A stretch of DNA of 64,000 bases from an uncultured Acidobacteriota bacterium (GTDB lineage Bacteria > Acidobacteriota > Vicinamibacteria > Vicinamibacterales > 2-12-FULL-66-21): contig CAWCQI010000016.1 in NCBI GenBank assembly GCA_963797625.1, forward strand, positions 15,128-79,127, read 5' to 3'. Positions 39,515-49,244 of this stretch are shown one piece after another. Below the pieces are notes generated by a model that was given only the letters and a program-made list of their open reading frames with translations, was not told the origin of the DNA and ran no database searches. The position numbers were made by a program, and so were the translations under genes. How positions within the stretch are numbered: the stretch's first letter is position 1; the number at the start of each line of letters is the position of its first letter.

Positions 39515-40810
39515 TCACCGAGTGCCGGTCGACGCGGCTGCGGGCTTGGCGAACACCGATCGGCCGACGACCGCAATATGGTCGGGCGATGACTGTCGCG
39601 GGTCGATCAGGCTGTCGTAGGAGAAGAGGGCGACGCCGGCCGTCCCGAGGCGGCGCGCGGTTTCGATGTTCTCGATCGTCTGAGCCGGGCGGAGGCGGTA
39701 AGCGCCAATACCCGCCCAGACCGCGCGACCACCTTTCACGTCGCGAGCCGCGGCAATCTGTTCGGCAAACTTCGCCGGTTCGGGCGAATAGGCCATTGGG
39801 CAGACCGCGTCGACGAGGCCGGCCTGCAGCCAGCCGGCCCAGTCCTGCAGCCGATGGTCGCGAGCGTCCTGAATGTCCGGCGCCGTCGCCACCGTGACGA
39901 GCGCGCCGGGACGGGCTGCCTTGACGGTTGTCCCGAGGCGACTGACGAGCGTCGTCATGCGTGAGATCCGAAACGCCTTCCATTCCTCGGGGAATGTGTC
40001 CGGATAGGCGAGTGGGTCTTCGGCCTCCCTGCTGTCGACTTCGCGACGGACCGCCGCCGTCAACTCGGGCCGAAGCACCTCGCGAAACGCGCGGATCGCG
40101 CCGCGGCTGTAGTCGAAGCGATCGTTGGGATAGCGCGCGTAGTCGAGATGGATGCCGTCGATCGCGTATCGCGTGGCCAGATCGCGGATAACGGCGTTGA
40201 CGTGATCCGCAGCCGCCGGGAGGAGAGGCGAGGTATAGAGACCTTCGAGCCCGGCGGGCTGGGCGCGCGTCCACCGCGCCAGCTTGCCGACATAGGCCGG
40301 ACTGATTTCGGGTACTTTCGAGAGCTCCTGCACGAGGTCGCGCGGCACCATCAACCACTCGGGATGTCGATGCACGACGTGCGTTGGCGCAATCGGCAGC
40401 TCCGCGGCGCTCGACACGAAATTGACGTTGACCCAGGCGTGAACGCGAAGTCCGGCCGCATGACCCTCGGCAAGGACGCTCGCCAGTGGATCGAAGCTCG
40501 CCGGCCGGCGCTGGAGATCGGCCGCGCGCGGCTCGAGGCTGCTGGTGAAATATGCGTCGCCTCGTCCCCTGACCTGAACGAGCAGCGTGTTGAATCCATT
40601 CTCGCGCGCGGTCCGCACCAGCGCCGAGATCGACTCGGGCGATCCGAGCGACGTGCGAAGGACCCAGAACGCGCGCGTTTCGGCGGGAGCAGTTTCGCCA
40701 GAAGGGGAAGAAGAAGCGTGAGGCAGAGTCGGAGCAAGTGTCAGGACGACCAGCGCCGCGGCGACCCTAAGCCCCCAGCGGAGCGTGGTGCGAACTCGCA
40801 CAAGACCCAT
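39515..40810 (-). CDS. Glycoside hydrolase-like family 10 (YddW-type) secreted protein
   Basis: 431 aa with a signal peptide and NTLLVQVRGRGDAYF..LEPR, FDPLA, GLRVHAWVNV and HPEWL segments typical of GHL10/DUF187-like proteins. Confidence 0.75.
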   Translation of the reverse strand: MGLVRVRTTLRWGLRVAAALVVLTLAPTLPHASSSPSGETAPAETRAFWVLRTSLGSPESISALVRTARENGFNTLLVQVRGRGDAYFTSSLEPRAADLQRRPASFDPLASVLAEGHAAGLRVHAWVNVNFVSSAAELPIAPTHVVHRHPEWLMVPRDLVQELSKVPEISPAYVGKLARWTRAQPAGLEGLYTSPLLPAAADHVNAVIRDLATRYAIDGIHLDYARYPNDRFDYSRGAIRAFREVLRPELTAAVRREVDSREAEDPLAYPDTFPEEWKAFRISRMTTLVSRLGTTVKAARPGALVTVATAPDIQDARDHRLQDWAGWLQAGLVDAVCPMAYSPEPAKFAEQIAAARDVKGGRAVWAGIGAYRLRPAQTIENIETARRLGTAGVALFSYDSLIDPRQSSPDHIAVVGRSVFAKPAAASTGTR

Positions 40811-40820
40811 AAACGTCCTG

Positions 40821-40850
40821 AATCTAACAGTTTGCCGCTAATGCTGTCAA
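40821..40850 (-). promoter_or_regulatory. Candidate promoter for the GHL10-transporter operon (TTGACA-N18-TAGATT)
   Basis: On the - strand, TTGACA is the complement of 40845-40850 and TAGATT the complement of 40821-40826. It lies in an AT-richer divergent region and implies a near-leaderless transcript. Confidence 0.35.
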
Positions 40851-40998
40851 TGGATTTATCGTCATTTGACTGCGCCGCGGTGCCGCACCGTTCGTGCGTA
40901 CGATGATCCGACGCGCTGATGACCGGGGAAAATGTACTGATAAGCTGACGCGTTCACGAGCACTTTGCGGCGCTCGTCGTTACCCGACCGTCGTGACC

Positions 40999-41943
40999 AT
41001 GTTGCATGTTCTCGGCATCGATGCGGGCGGCACGAAGACGGTGTGCCAGCTCGCGGACGAACACGGCGCCCTCATCGCGGAGTCGCGCGCGGGCGGCGCC
41101 AATCTTCAGGCCGCAGGCGAGCTGCACGTCGAGAAGGTCATCCACGACGTCATGGCCGAGGCGATCGGCGGTCGCGGGATTGTGCCTGCGGCGATCTGTC
41201 TCGGGATTGCCGGCGTCGATCGGCCGGAAGATTCGATCGTCGTGAGCGGCATCATGCGGCGCATCGGCGCGCACTCGCGCACGGTCGTGGTCAACGATGC
41301 GCTCGTGGCGCTCGAGGCCGGTGTTCCCGGGGAACCGGGAGTCGTGATCATTTCGGGCACCGGGTCGATTTCGTACGGCCGGAACGCTCGGAACGAGGGC
41401 GCGCGTTCTGGCGGCTGGGGACATGTCCTGGGCGACGAGGGGAGCGGGTTCTGGATCGGCCGCGCCGCCATTCGCGCGGTCCTGCGTGAAGCCGATCAGC
41501 GCGGGCCCCGGACGACGCTGACGCCACTTCTCCTGGAGCACTTCCGCGTTCCTGCCGCCCAGAATCTGATCCATGAGGTCTACCAGAGCAACCTGCAGCC
41601 GGCAGCGATCGGTTCGCTCGCCCGCTGCGTGCAGACCGCCTTCAGCGAAGGCGACGAGGCCTCGTCGGGAATCTTGCGCGGCGCAGCCGACGAGCTCGAG
41701 TCGTCGGGCGTCAGTGTCGCGAAGCGCCTTGGCCTCGGCGACGAGCCCTTTCCCTTCATTCTGGCCGGTGGGATCTTTCGCGCGGTCCCCTGGCTGCGCG
41801 ACGAAATGCAGCGGCGGCTTCCGCTCGCCGTGCCGGGCAGCACCGCGCGGCTGCTCGATCGCGAGCCGGCGGCGGGCGCCGTGTCGTTCGCGATTCAGGA
41901 AGCGAAGGGCGGCGCACGGATCCCGAGGTATCAATCTGCGTGA
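40999..41943 (+). CDS. N-acetylglucosamine kinase-like ATPase (BadF/BadG/BcrA/BcrD family)
   Basis: ATG 40999 (MLHVLGIDAGGTKTV); ISGTGSISYG and GGWGHVLGDEGSGFWIG motifs. Confidence 0.8.
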   Translation: MLHVLGIDAGGTKTVCQLADEHGALIAESRAGGANLQAAGELHVEKVIHDVMAEAIGGRGIVPAAICLGIAGVDRPEDSIVVSGIMRRIGAHSRTVVVNDALVALEAGVPGEPGVVIISGTGSISYGRNARNEGARSGGWGHVLGDEGSGFWIGRAAIRAVLREADQRGPRTTLTPLLLEHFRVPAAQNLIHEVYQSNLQPAAIGSLARCVQTAFSEGDEASSGILRGAADELESSGVSVAKRLGLGDEPFPFILAGGIFRAVPWLRDEMQRRLPLAVPGSTARLLDREPAAGAVSFAIQEAKGGARIPRYQSA

Positions 41944-42698
41944 TGAGAACCCCCGGTCCCCCGCGCATTTCGACCTTCCCCGATGAACGCGCCGTCGCCC
42001 AAGCCCTGGCCGACCGTGTTGCCACCGAGCTGGCAGAGCGGCCGGCCCTGGTGCTCGGGCTCCCGACGGGCCGAACGCCAATCCGCTTCTACCAGGAGCT
42101 GTCGGCGCGAGTCGAGCAGGGCAGGGTCGATCTGTCTCGCGCCACCACGTTCAACCTCGATGAATTCGTCGGGATTCCGTCGACGCACCCGGGCAGCTTT
42201 CGCAGCTTCATGAACACGCACCTCTTCGGTCGCGTCAACCTCGCCGCCGAACGCATTCACTTCCTGGACGGCTCGGCCCCGGACACGGTGGAGGAGTGCG
42301 ACCGCTACGAGCGCGCGATCGCTCGGGCCGGGGGAATCGACGTGCAGATTCTCGGCGTCGGCACCAACGGCCACATTGGCTTCAACGAGCCGGCGCCCGC
42401 GCTTCAGGCCTGGACCCATCGCGTGACGCTCGAGCCCGACACACGGCGGGACAACGCGGGGCTGTTCGGTGGCGATCCGGCAGCCGTACCGGCCGAGGCG
42501 TTGTCGATGGGGATCGCGACAATTCTTCACGCGCGGCGGATATTGCTAATAGCGACAGGCGAAGGGAAGGCGTCGATTGTCGCGCAGCTGCTGCGCGGGC
42601 CGGTGACGACGGACGTGCCGGGGTCGTTCCTGCAGGTCCACTCCGACGTCGAGTTCCTGCTCGACGAGGCGGCAGCGGCCGGCCTCAGGGAGTCTTGA
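41940..42698 (+). CDS. nagB: Glucosamine-6-phosphate deaminase
   Basis: 252 aa with LGLPTGRTP, FNLDEFVG and LGVGTNGHIGFNEP. The start overlaps the kinase stop. Confidence 0.9.
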   Translation: MMRTPGPPRISTFPDERAVAQALADRVATELAERPALVLGLPTGRTPIRFYQELSARVEQGRVDLSRATTFNLDEFVGIPSTHPGSFRSFMNTHLFGRVNLAAERIHFLDGSAPDTVEECDRYERAIARAGGIDVQILGVGTNGHIGFNEPAPALQAWTHRVTLEPDTRRDNAGLFGGDPAAVPAEALSMGIATILHARRILLIATGEGKASIVAQLLRGPVTTDVPGSFLQVHSDVEFLLDEAAAAGLRES

Positions 42699-43629
42699 TC
42701 GGGGTTCGCGGTCTCGGCGCCGCATCCTCGCCGATCGCCACACGCACCGAGTCCTCTGCCTTCTTCAACCGTCGAAGCGCCTGCGGCAGGGTCAGCGTCG
42801 TCTTCTGCATCACGATCGCGGCCTTGACGTTCCACTTGGCCCGCTTGAGGAGCGCATCGGCTTCTTCATAGGTCAGCCCGGTGACCGTGACCAGGATGCG
42901 GCGGGCCCGATCCTTGAGCTTCTCGGATCCGGTCTGCACGTCGACCATGAGATTGCCGTAGGTCTTGCCGAGCTTGATCATCGAGATCGTCGTCAGCATG
43001 TTGAGGACCATCTTCGTGGCGGTTCCAGCCTTCAGCCGCGTCGAGCCGGCGATGATCTCTGGGCCGACGGCCGGCGCAATCTGCAGATCGACGAAGTTCT
43101 GCAGCTCGGAGCCCGGCCAGCAGGTGACGAAGATGATCTTGCCGCCCGCTTTGCGCGCGCGCGTCAGGCCACCGCGGACAAACGGCGTCATGCCGCTGGC
43201 CGAGACGCCGATGACCACATCTCTGGGCGTCAAACGCAGCCGGCTGATGCTCCGCGCGCCTTCTTCGTAGTTGTCCTCGACGCCTTCCTTGGCGCGAAAC
43301 ATCGCTTCCTGCCCACCGGCCATGATCGCTTGCACGGTCTTGGCGGTCGTGCCAAACGTCGGGGGTATTTCCGATGCTTCGACGACGCCGAGTCGCCCGC
43401 TCGTGCCGGCGCCGATGAAGATGACCCGCCCGCCCTTGCGCAACGCGTGCGTGATGATCTCGACGCCATGCGCGATCCGTTCTCGTTCTTTCTGGACTGC
43501 GGCGATGACTTTCCGGTCCTCGTTGATCACCATGTCGACGATCTCGGAGACCGGGGCCTTGTCAATCGCGAGGGTGACCGGGTTGATGGCTTCGGTCGGA
43601 AGGGATTCCCACTTGGACTGTGTTGGCAT
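42685..43629 (-). CDS. murQ: N-acetylmuramic acid 6-phosphate etherase
   Basis: ATG 43629 (MPTQSKWESLPTEAINP). SIS domain with GAGTSGRLGVVEASEIPPTFG. The ORF-track entry 42685..43929 extends artificially into the upstream repeat. Confidence 0.88.
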   Translation of the reverse strand: MPTQSKWESLPTEAINPVTLAIDKAPVSEIVDMVINEDRKVIAAVQKERERIAHGVEIITHALRKGGRVIFIGAGTSGRLGVVEASEIPPTFGTTAKTVQAIMAGGQEAMFRAKEGVEDNYEEGARSISRLRLTPRDVVIGVSASGMTPFVRGGLTRARKAGGKIIFVTCWPGSELQNFVDLQIAPAVGPEIIAGSTRLKAGTATKMVLNMLTTISMIKLGKTYGNLMVDVQTGSEKLKDRARRILVTVTGLTYEEADALLKRAKWNVKAAIVMQKTTLTLPQALRRLKKAEDSVRVAIGEDAAPRPRTPIKTP

Positions 43630-43708
43630 CTGACGTCCGTCGGCGCCCGCACCGGCGGGCAAGTCGCGTACCTTACTCCGCAGACCAGAGAGTGTCAAAC
43701 CATGTCGA

Positions 43709-43867
43709 GGTTCGTGGTTCAGGGTTCGACGTTCCGGTTCATGGTTCAGGTTCATGGTTCGGATACGAGACCAATCGCCGAACTGCACTTGAACCCTGGA
43801 TGCCGAACGTTGAACCCTAGAACCACGAACCTTGAACCATGAACCTAGAACCACGAACGATCGAACC
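43709..43867. repeat. Largest heptamer-periodic inverted repeat (about 8 GGTTCRN units / about 11 NNGAACC units) in a divergent promoter region
   Basis: Left arm 43709-43762 (ggttcgtggttcagggttcgacgttccggttcatggttcaggttcatggttcgg). Right arm 43789-43867 (ttgaaccctggatgccgaacgttgaaccctagaaccacgaaccttgaaccatgaacctagaaccacgaacgatcgaacc). On the + strand, stops at 43790, 43811, 43818, 43833, 43840 and 43846 cover all frames. Confidence 0.9.
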
Positions 43868-43903
43868 AATAAGGGCGTAGTACACTCGTCTTCACTCACC
43901 GTT

Positions 43904-44926
43904 ATGCCCGATCGGACCCTTCGTCTCACCGACGCTCAGGCTGCGGTCACCCTCGAGCGCGTGGCCGAGGTTGCCGGGCGGCTCGAGCGAGAGCTGGCGA
44001 AAGCAATCATCGGGCAGCAGCGCGTGGTTCGGGAGATCCTGATCGCGTTTGTCGCCGGCGGTCACTGCCTGCTTCGTGGCGTGCCTGGCCTCGCCAAGAC
44101 GTTGCTCATCAAGAAGCTGGCCGAGGCTGTCGACCTGCGATTCAACCGGATTCAGTTCACGCCCGACCTGATGCCATCCGACATCCTGGGCGCCGAAGTG
44201 ATCGAAGAGGATCGCGCGACCGGGAAGCGGGTCATCCGATTCATCAAGGGGCCGATCTTCGCGAACATCATCCTCGCCGACGAGATCAACCGCACGCCGC
44301 CGAAGACGCAGGCGGCCCTGCTCGAGGCGATGCAGGAATACCAGGTGACTGTCAACGGCGTCCGGTTCGACCTCGACCGGCCGTTGTTCGTGCTCGCGAC
44401 CCAGAACCCGATCGAGCAGGAAGGCACCTACTCGCTGCCTGAAGCGCAGCTCGATCGGTTCATGTTCAACGTGGTCATCGAGTATCCGTCGGCCGAGGAG
44501 GAGCGGAAGATTCTTACGGCGACCACCGGGCTGGCCGAGCCGCAGATTGCGGTGGTCGCGAGCGGCGAGGAGATCGAGCGGCTGCACTCGCTCGTCCGCG
44601 AAGTGCCCGCCGCGGAGAACATCGTTGACTATGCGACACGGCTGGTGCGCGCGACGCGCCCGGCCGGGCTGGCAACCGACGCCGCGCCGGAGTTCGTTCG
44701 GTCGTGGGTGCGTTGGGGCGCGGGCCCTCGTGCCGGGCAGGCGCTGCTCCTCGGCGCGAAGGCGCTCGCCCTCCTCGAGGGCCGGAGCGTCGTCTCGTTC
44801 GAGGATATTCGCAACGTCGCGCTGCCGGTGCTGCGGCACCGGATCCTCGTCAACTTTCAGGCCGAGGCCGACGGCGTCGACTCGGATCAGATCATCGCGC
44901 GCTTGCTCGACGCTGTGCGCCAGTAG
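43904..44926 (+). CDS. MoxR-family AAA+ ATPase
   Basis: ATG 43904. LLRGVPGLAKTLL (Walker A), ILADEINR (Walker B) and VLATQNPIEQEGTYSLPEAQLDRF. Confidence 0.92.
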   Translation: MPDRTLRLTDAQAAVTLERVAEVAGRLERELAKAIIGQQRVVREILIAFVAGGHCLLRGVPGLAKTLLIKKLAEAVDLRFNRIQFTPDLMPSDILGAEVIEEDRATGKRVIRFIKGPIFANIILADEINRTPPKTQAALLEAMQEYQVTVNGVRFDLDRPLFVLATQNPIEQEGTYSLPEAQLDRFMFNVVIEYPSAEEERKILTATTGLAEPQIAVVASGEEIERLHSLVREVPAAENIVDYATRLVRATRPAGLATDAAPEFVRSWVRWGAGPRAGQALLLGAKALALLEGRSVVSFEDIRNVALPVLRHRILVNFQAEADGVDSDQIIARLLDAVRQ

Positions 44927-44963
44927 TCCATCGAGCGACGGCGCCGCGGACAATTCGTTAGCC

Positions 44964-45860
44964 GTGCCTCACCCAACCGCTCTCGATCCCGTGCTGCTGA
45001 CGGCGCTCGGCGACCTCGAGCTCGTGGCCCGCGTCACGGTGGACGGGATGCTCTCCGGCCTGCACGACAGCCCGTTCCACGGTTACAGCGCGGAGTTCAG
45101 CCAGTACCGCCACTACCGGCCCGGCGACGATCTGAAGTACGTCGACTGGAAGCTGTTCGCCCGCACCGATCGCATCTACACGAAGCAATACCGCGAGACC
45201 ACCAACCTGGTCGCGCAGCTCGTGGTCGATGCGAGTCAGTCGATGGCATTTCGCGGCCGGACCGGTGTTGCCAAGATTGAAATCGCGCGGATAGCCGCCG
45301 CCGCGCTCGCTTTCCTTATCGCCGGCCAGGGCGATGCGATCGGGCTCGTTACTTATGACACGAACGTCCGGCACTACGTGCCGAGCCGTATCGGTCAATC
45401 TCACCTGCGGACTGTGCTCGCGACCCTGGCCGGCATGCAGCCATCGGGCACGACGTCGGCTGCCCAATCTGTGCGGCGGTCGGTCGATTTGCTGACGCGT
45501 CGCGGCCTGCTCATCCTGATCTCCGACCTCTATGACGAGGAGGAGGGTGTCGAGGCCGAGCTGCGCCGCGCCGTCAGGATGGGGCATGAAGTGGCGCTCT
45601 TCCACGTGCTGACGCGCGATGAGCTCGAATTCCCGTTCGGCGCGGACGTCGAACTGGAGGACCTGGAGTCAGGTAGGAAAGTGCTGACCGGATCGGCCGC
45701 CGCGGCCGACTATCGACACGCATTCGCAGAGTTTCTCGAGCGCTGGCACGCGCGGTGCGCCCGCGATCGGATCGACTACACGCGCGTCGTGACCGATCAG
45801 CCGCTCGACGCCGCGCTGAGGAGCTACCTGCTTCGCCGCCGTGGGGGCGGCGCACGATGA
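44964..45860 (+). CDS. DUF58 domain protein (MoxR partner)
   Basis: GTG 44964. HDSPFHGYSAEFSQYRHYRPGDDLKYVDWKLFARTDRIYTKQY is the DUF58 signature. Confidence 0.88.
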   Translation: MPHPTALDPVLLTALGDLELVARVTVDGMLSGLHDSPFHGYSAEFSQYRHYRPGDDLKYVDWKLFARTDRIYTKQYRETTNLVAQLVVDASQSMAFRGRTGVAKIEIARIAAAALAFLIAGQGDAIGLVTYDTNVRHYVPSRIGQSHLRTVLATLAGMQPSGTTSAAQSVRRSVDLLTRRGLLILISDLYDEEEGVEAELRRAVRMGHEVALFHVLTRDELEFPFGADVELEDLESGRKVLTGSAAAADYRHAFAEFLERWHARCARDRIDYTRVVTDQPLDAALRSYLLRRRGGGAR

Positions 45861-47204
45861 TCGGCTGGCAGAACCCCGCCGCCTTGTGGGCGCTTCCGCT
45901 TGCGGCGGTGCCGGTCATCATTCACCTCCTGCGAACGCACCACGCCCGGCGCGTTGCGTTCCCCAGTATCCGGTTCGTGCCGTCCTCACGAACGGCGGCC
46001 GTGCGGATGCGGTTGCCGAGCGATGTTCTGCTGATGCTGCTGCGGGTCGGAATCGTCGCGCTCGCCATCGGCGCGGCGGCCGGGCCGATCCTCCTGACCG
46101 ACGCGCGCATCCAGGCGTGGGATGCGAGAACGGCCCGCGCCGTCGTGGTCGACGTCAGTGACAGCATGCGGGCGCCCGACGGCAGTGGCCAGGCGCCCGA
46201 GCGGGTGGCTGCGGAGGCTGCCCAGGCTGAATTGGACTCGGCCGCGTCGAGCCGGCGGTTCGAGGTGCGACGCCGGAATGAAATGGATGAGGCTCTGACT
46301 CGCGCCTCCCGGTGGCTGGAGGCGAGTCCGCCAGCGCGACGGGAGATCGTCGTGATCTCCGATTTTCATCATGGCGTCTGGCAACCTGCCGACGCGGCTT
46401 CGGTCCCCGACGGTGTTGGCTTGCGGCTGATTCCTGTCGGTCGTCCGGTCGGAGGGGAGGTCTTCGAAGGTGCGCGACTCTTTGGCGGCGGCGATGTCGC
46501 GGCCCGCAGCCAGGCCATCGAAGTCACGAAAGATGCGACCGCCGTTGCTGTCGAACGACGTCCCGAGAGCGGAACCGCCGGGCTGCGAGTGATGGCGCCC
46601 AAGGGCGCAGAGGCGAGCGTCGAACGTCTCTTGCAAGCCGTTGCGGCGGCCGGCGCACCGGCGGGGTCAGCCGACGAACCGATCGCAATACGGTTCTCCA
46701 ACGCGGGACCGCCTCCGTCTGGACTGACGATCGTTCGGCCAGGATGGATGCTGCGTACGGTGTTACGCCTCCGGGAGGATGCGACGTTCCCCCTGTCGCC
46801 TCCGAGTCCTGAGGGTGACGCGAGATCGTCCGATGCGCTGGACGACCGTCGCGTGGTCAGCCGACGGCGCGCCACTCGTACGGGCTGCCGCGTCTGGTCG
46901 CGAACTTCTTCTCGAAATCGCCGCGCCTCCCGACAGCCTTCTGGCCGCGGCCACCGTGCGAGCGGCACTGACCGCGCGGATTGACGTCGACGTGTACGCC
47001 GAGCGCGAGGTTGCGCGGCTCGACGAGGCACGGCTGACGGCGTTCGCGCGACCCTCGGCGGGAGTAACGCGGGACGCGTGGCGCTCCGCCGAATCGACCG
47101 ACGCGCGATGGTTCTGGCTCCTCGCCCTCGTGCTGCTCGCGGTCGAACAATGGCTTCGCGACCGGGCACGTCGCTCGGATCAGGAGGTCGCGCGTGCCGC
47201 GTAA
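45857..47204 (+). CDS. BatA-like membrane protein (N-terminal double-TM domain, TIGR02226 type), frame break near 46830
   Basis: MIGWQNPAALWALPLAAVPVIIHLLRTHHARRVAFPSIRFV. The C-terminal anchor WFWLLALVLLAVEQWLRDR is in ORF 46779..47204. Confidence 0.7.
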
Positions 47205-49244
47205 CCGACCCGATCAGACGGCCGGCCTCGCCGAGGCGCTGTCCGCAATCAGCCGGCGGTTGTGGATTTCAGCGATTCTCCGCGCGAGCGCGCTCGCACT
47301 GCCGCTCGGCGCCGTGGCGTGGATGGTCCTGACGAGAGCCGGACTGACGGCGGCGACCGCCGCTCTGCTCGTCGTCGTCGTGACGATGGGCATCACCGCC
47401 GCTTGGCTCACTCGCATCGGCTCGCGCTGGACCGCGAGAGCGGCAGCCGGAGCGTTGGAAGACGCGCATCCCTCGAGCCGCAATGTCGTCATCACGGCGG
47501 AGGAACTGCTTCGCCATCCCGAACGCGCCACACCGGCGGTTCGCGCGCGGGTGCTCCATGAAGGCGCGGAAATCGCCCGCGGCGTCGCCGCACCTCGCGT
47601 CGTGTCGCTCGGGCGCCCTGCAGCTTTCGCCGCGGCCGGGTTCGGGTTGCGTCGTCGCCCTCGTCGTGGGCGTCCCGCAGCGCGGTGCACGAGCGGGGAT
47701 GCAGGCCGTCGAGGAAGCATTGAAGCAAGCGGCCGCCGGCTCGAGCGGCGCATCGATGATCTCGGCCACCATCACGCCGCCTCCCTATACCCGCGAACCT
47801 CCGCGGACGATTGGAAACCCCGATCGCATCGAGGCGCTTCAGGGCAGCCGCCTCAGTCTGGAAGTGCAGGGCGGCCCCTGGCGCATTCGCTTCGCGGCCG
47901 ATCCATTGGAGGCCCGTGAGTCCGGCAAGAGCCACGGCCGTCGATCTGACGTTAGTGCGGAGCGGCTACCTGGCCATCGAACCGATCGATCGCGACGCGA
48001 GCAAGACTCGTCGGCTTCTGCCAGTGCTGGTGACCCCCGATCGCGCTCCCGCTATCCGCGTGGAGGCCCCCGGCAAGGATCTCCTGCTCCCTGACGCTTC
48101 GCCGGTCATCGGTGTTTCCGCGAGCGCGGTGGACGACTACGGGCTTCAGTCGCTCGAGCTCCGCTACACGAAAGTGTCGGGGTCCGGGGAGCAGTTCGAG
48201 TTCAACGAAGGCTCGTTGCCGCTGACGATTGCACGCGAGAGCAGTCGCAACTGGAAGGCCCGGACCGACCTCGCGCTGTCCCGGCTCGGGCTTGCCCCTG
48301 GTGACACGATGATCTATCGCTTCGTCGGACGCGATGAACGGGCAGGCGACGTCGGGCTGGCGTCGTCGGACACCTTCTTCATCGAGGTGGCCGGACCAGG
48401 GCAGGTGGCACTGGCGGGATTTGAATTGCCGCCCGATCGCGAGCGCTACGCGCTCAGCCAGCAGATGATCGTGCTCAAGCTCGAGCGGCTCCGGGCGCGC
48501 GAACAGACGATCGACCGCGCGACGCTCGAGCAGGAAGTGGGGAACATCGCCGCCGAGCAGCGAGCCGTCCGAGCGAACTTCGTGTTTCTGATGGGTGGCG
48601 AAATCGAAGACGAGGAAGCGGAGGCCGAACACTCCCACGAAATCCAGGAGGGCCGTCTCGAGAATACGGCTAGACGCGAGATTGCCGACGCGATCCAGCA
48701 CATGGGAAAGGTCGAGGCTGGTCTTGCGGCGGTGAACACGGCGGCGGCGCTGCCACCGGCACGGTCGGCGGTCGAGGCGCTTCAGCGCGCGTTCGGCAGG
48801 AATCGCTACATCCTGCGCACACTGCCGGTCCGCAGCCGCGTCGATCCTTCCAGACGCCTGACCGGTGAGATTTCGACGGCGTCGGACTGGCGGCGCGAGC
48901 TACTTCCACCTGTTCCCGAGGCCAGCGTCATCGCCGCAAGGGGGCTGCTCGCCCGGCTGCTGGAGCTCGCACCGTCGCTGAAGGCCGGGTCGACATCGCC
49001 GCTGTCGCTAACGACCCTCGCTGAAGAGGCGCTTGCCATCGATCCCGCTTCCGCGGACTGGCAGGCAGTGTCAAAAGGCTTGCTTCAACTTCGAGAGGCT
49101 GGCGGAACTGAGCTCGAACGATCGGCCACGCTGAACCAGGTCGTGGCGCGTGTCGCTGCGATCGCCGACCGGGCGTCCCTGACCATGCGACCTCTGGATC
49201 GGAATCCGTCCTTGAAGAGCGCGTGGGCGGAGGCCGGGCGATGA
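47194..49244 (+). pseudogene. DUF4175-like large membrane protein of the MoxR/Bat cluster, at least 2 frame breaks (near 47640 and 47900)
   Basis: The N-terminal TM pair with AAGALEDAHPSSRNVVITAEELL is in ORF 47194..47919. The middle is in ORF 47483..48094. The long C-terminal part (LELRYTKVSGSGEQFEF, coiled coil, EAEHSHEIQEG) is in ORF 47811..49244. Confidence 0.6.
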
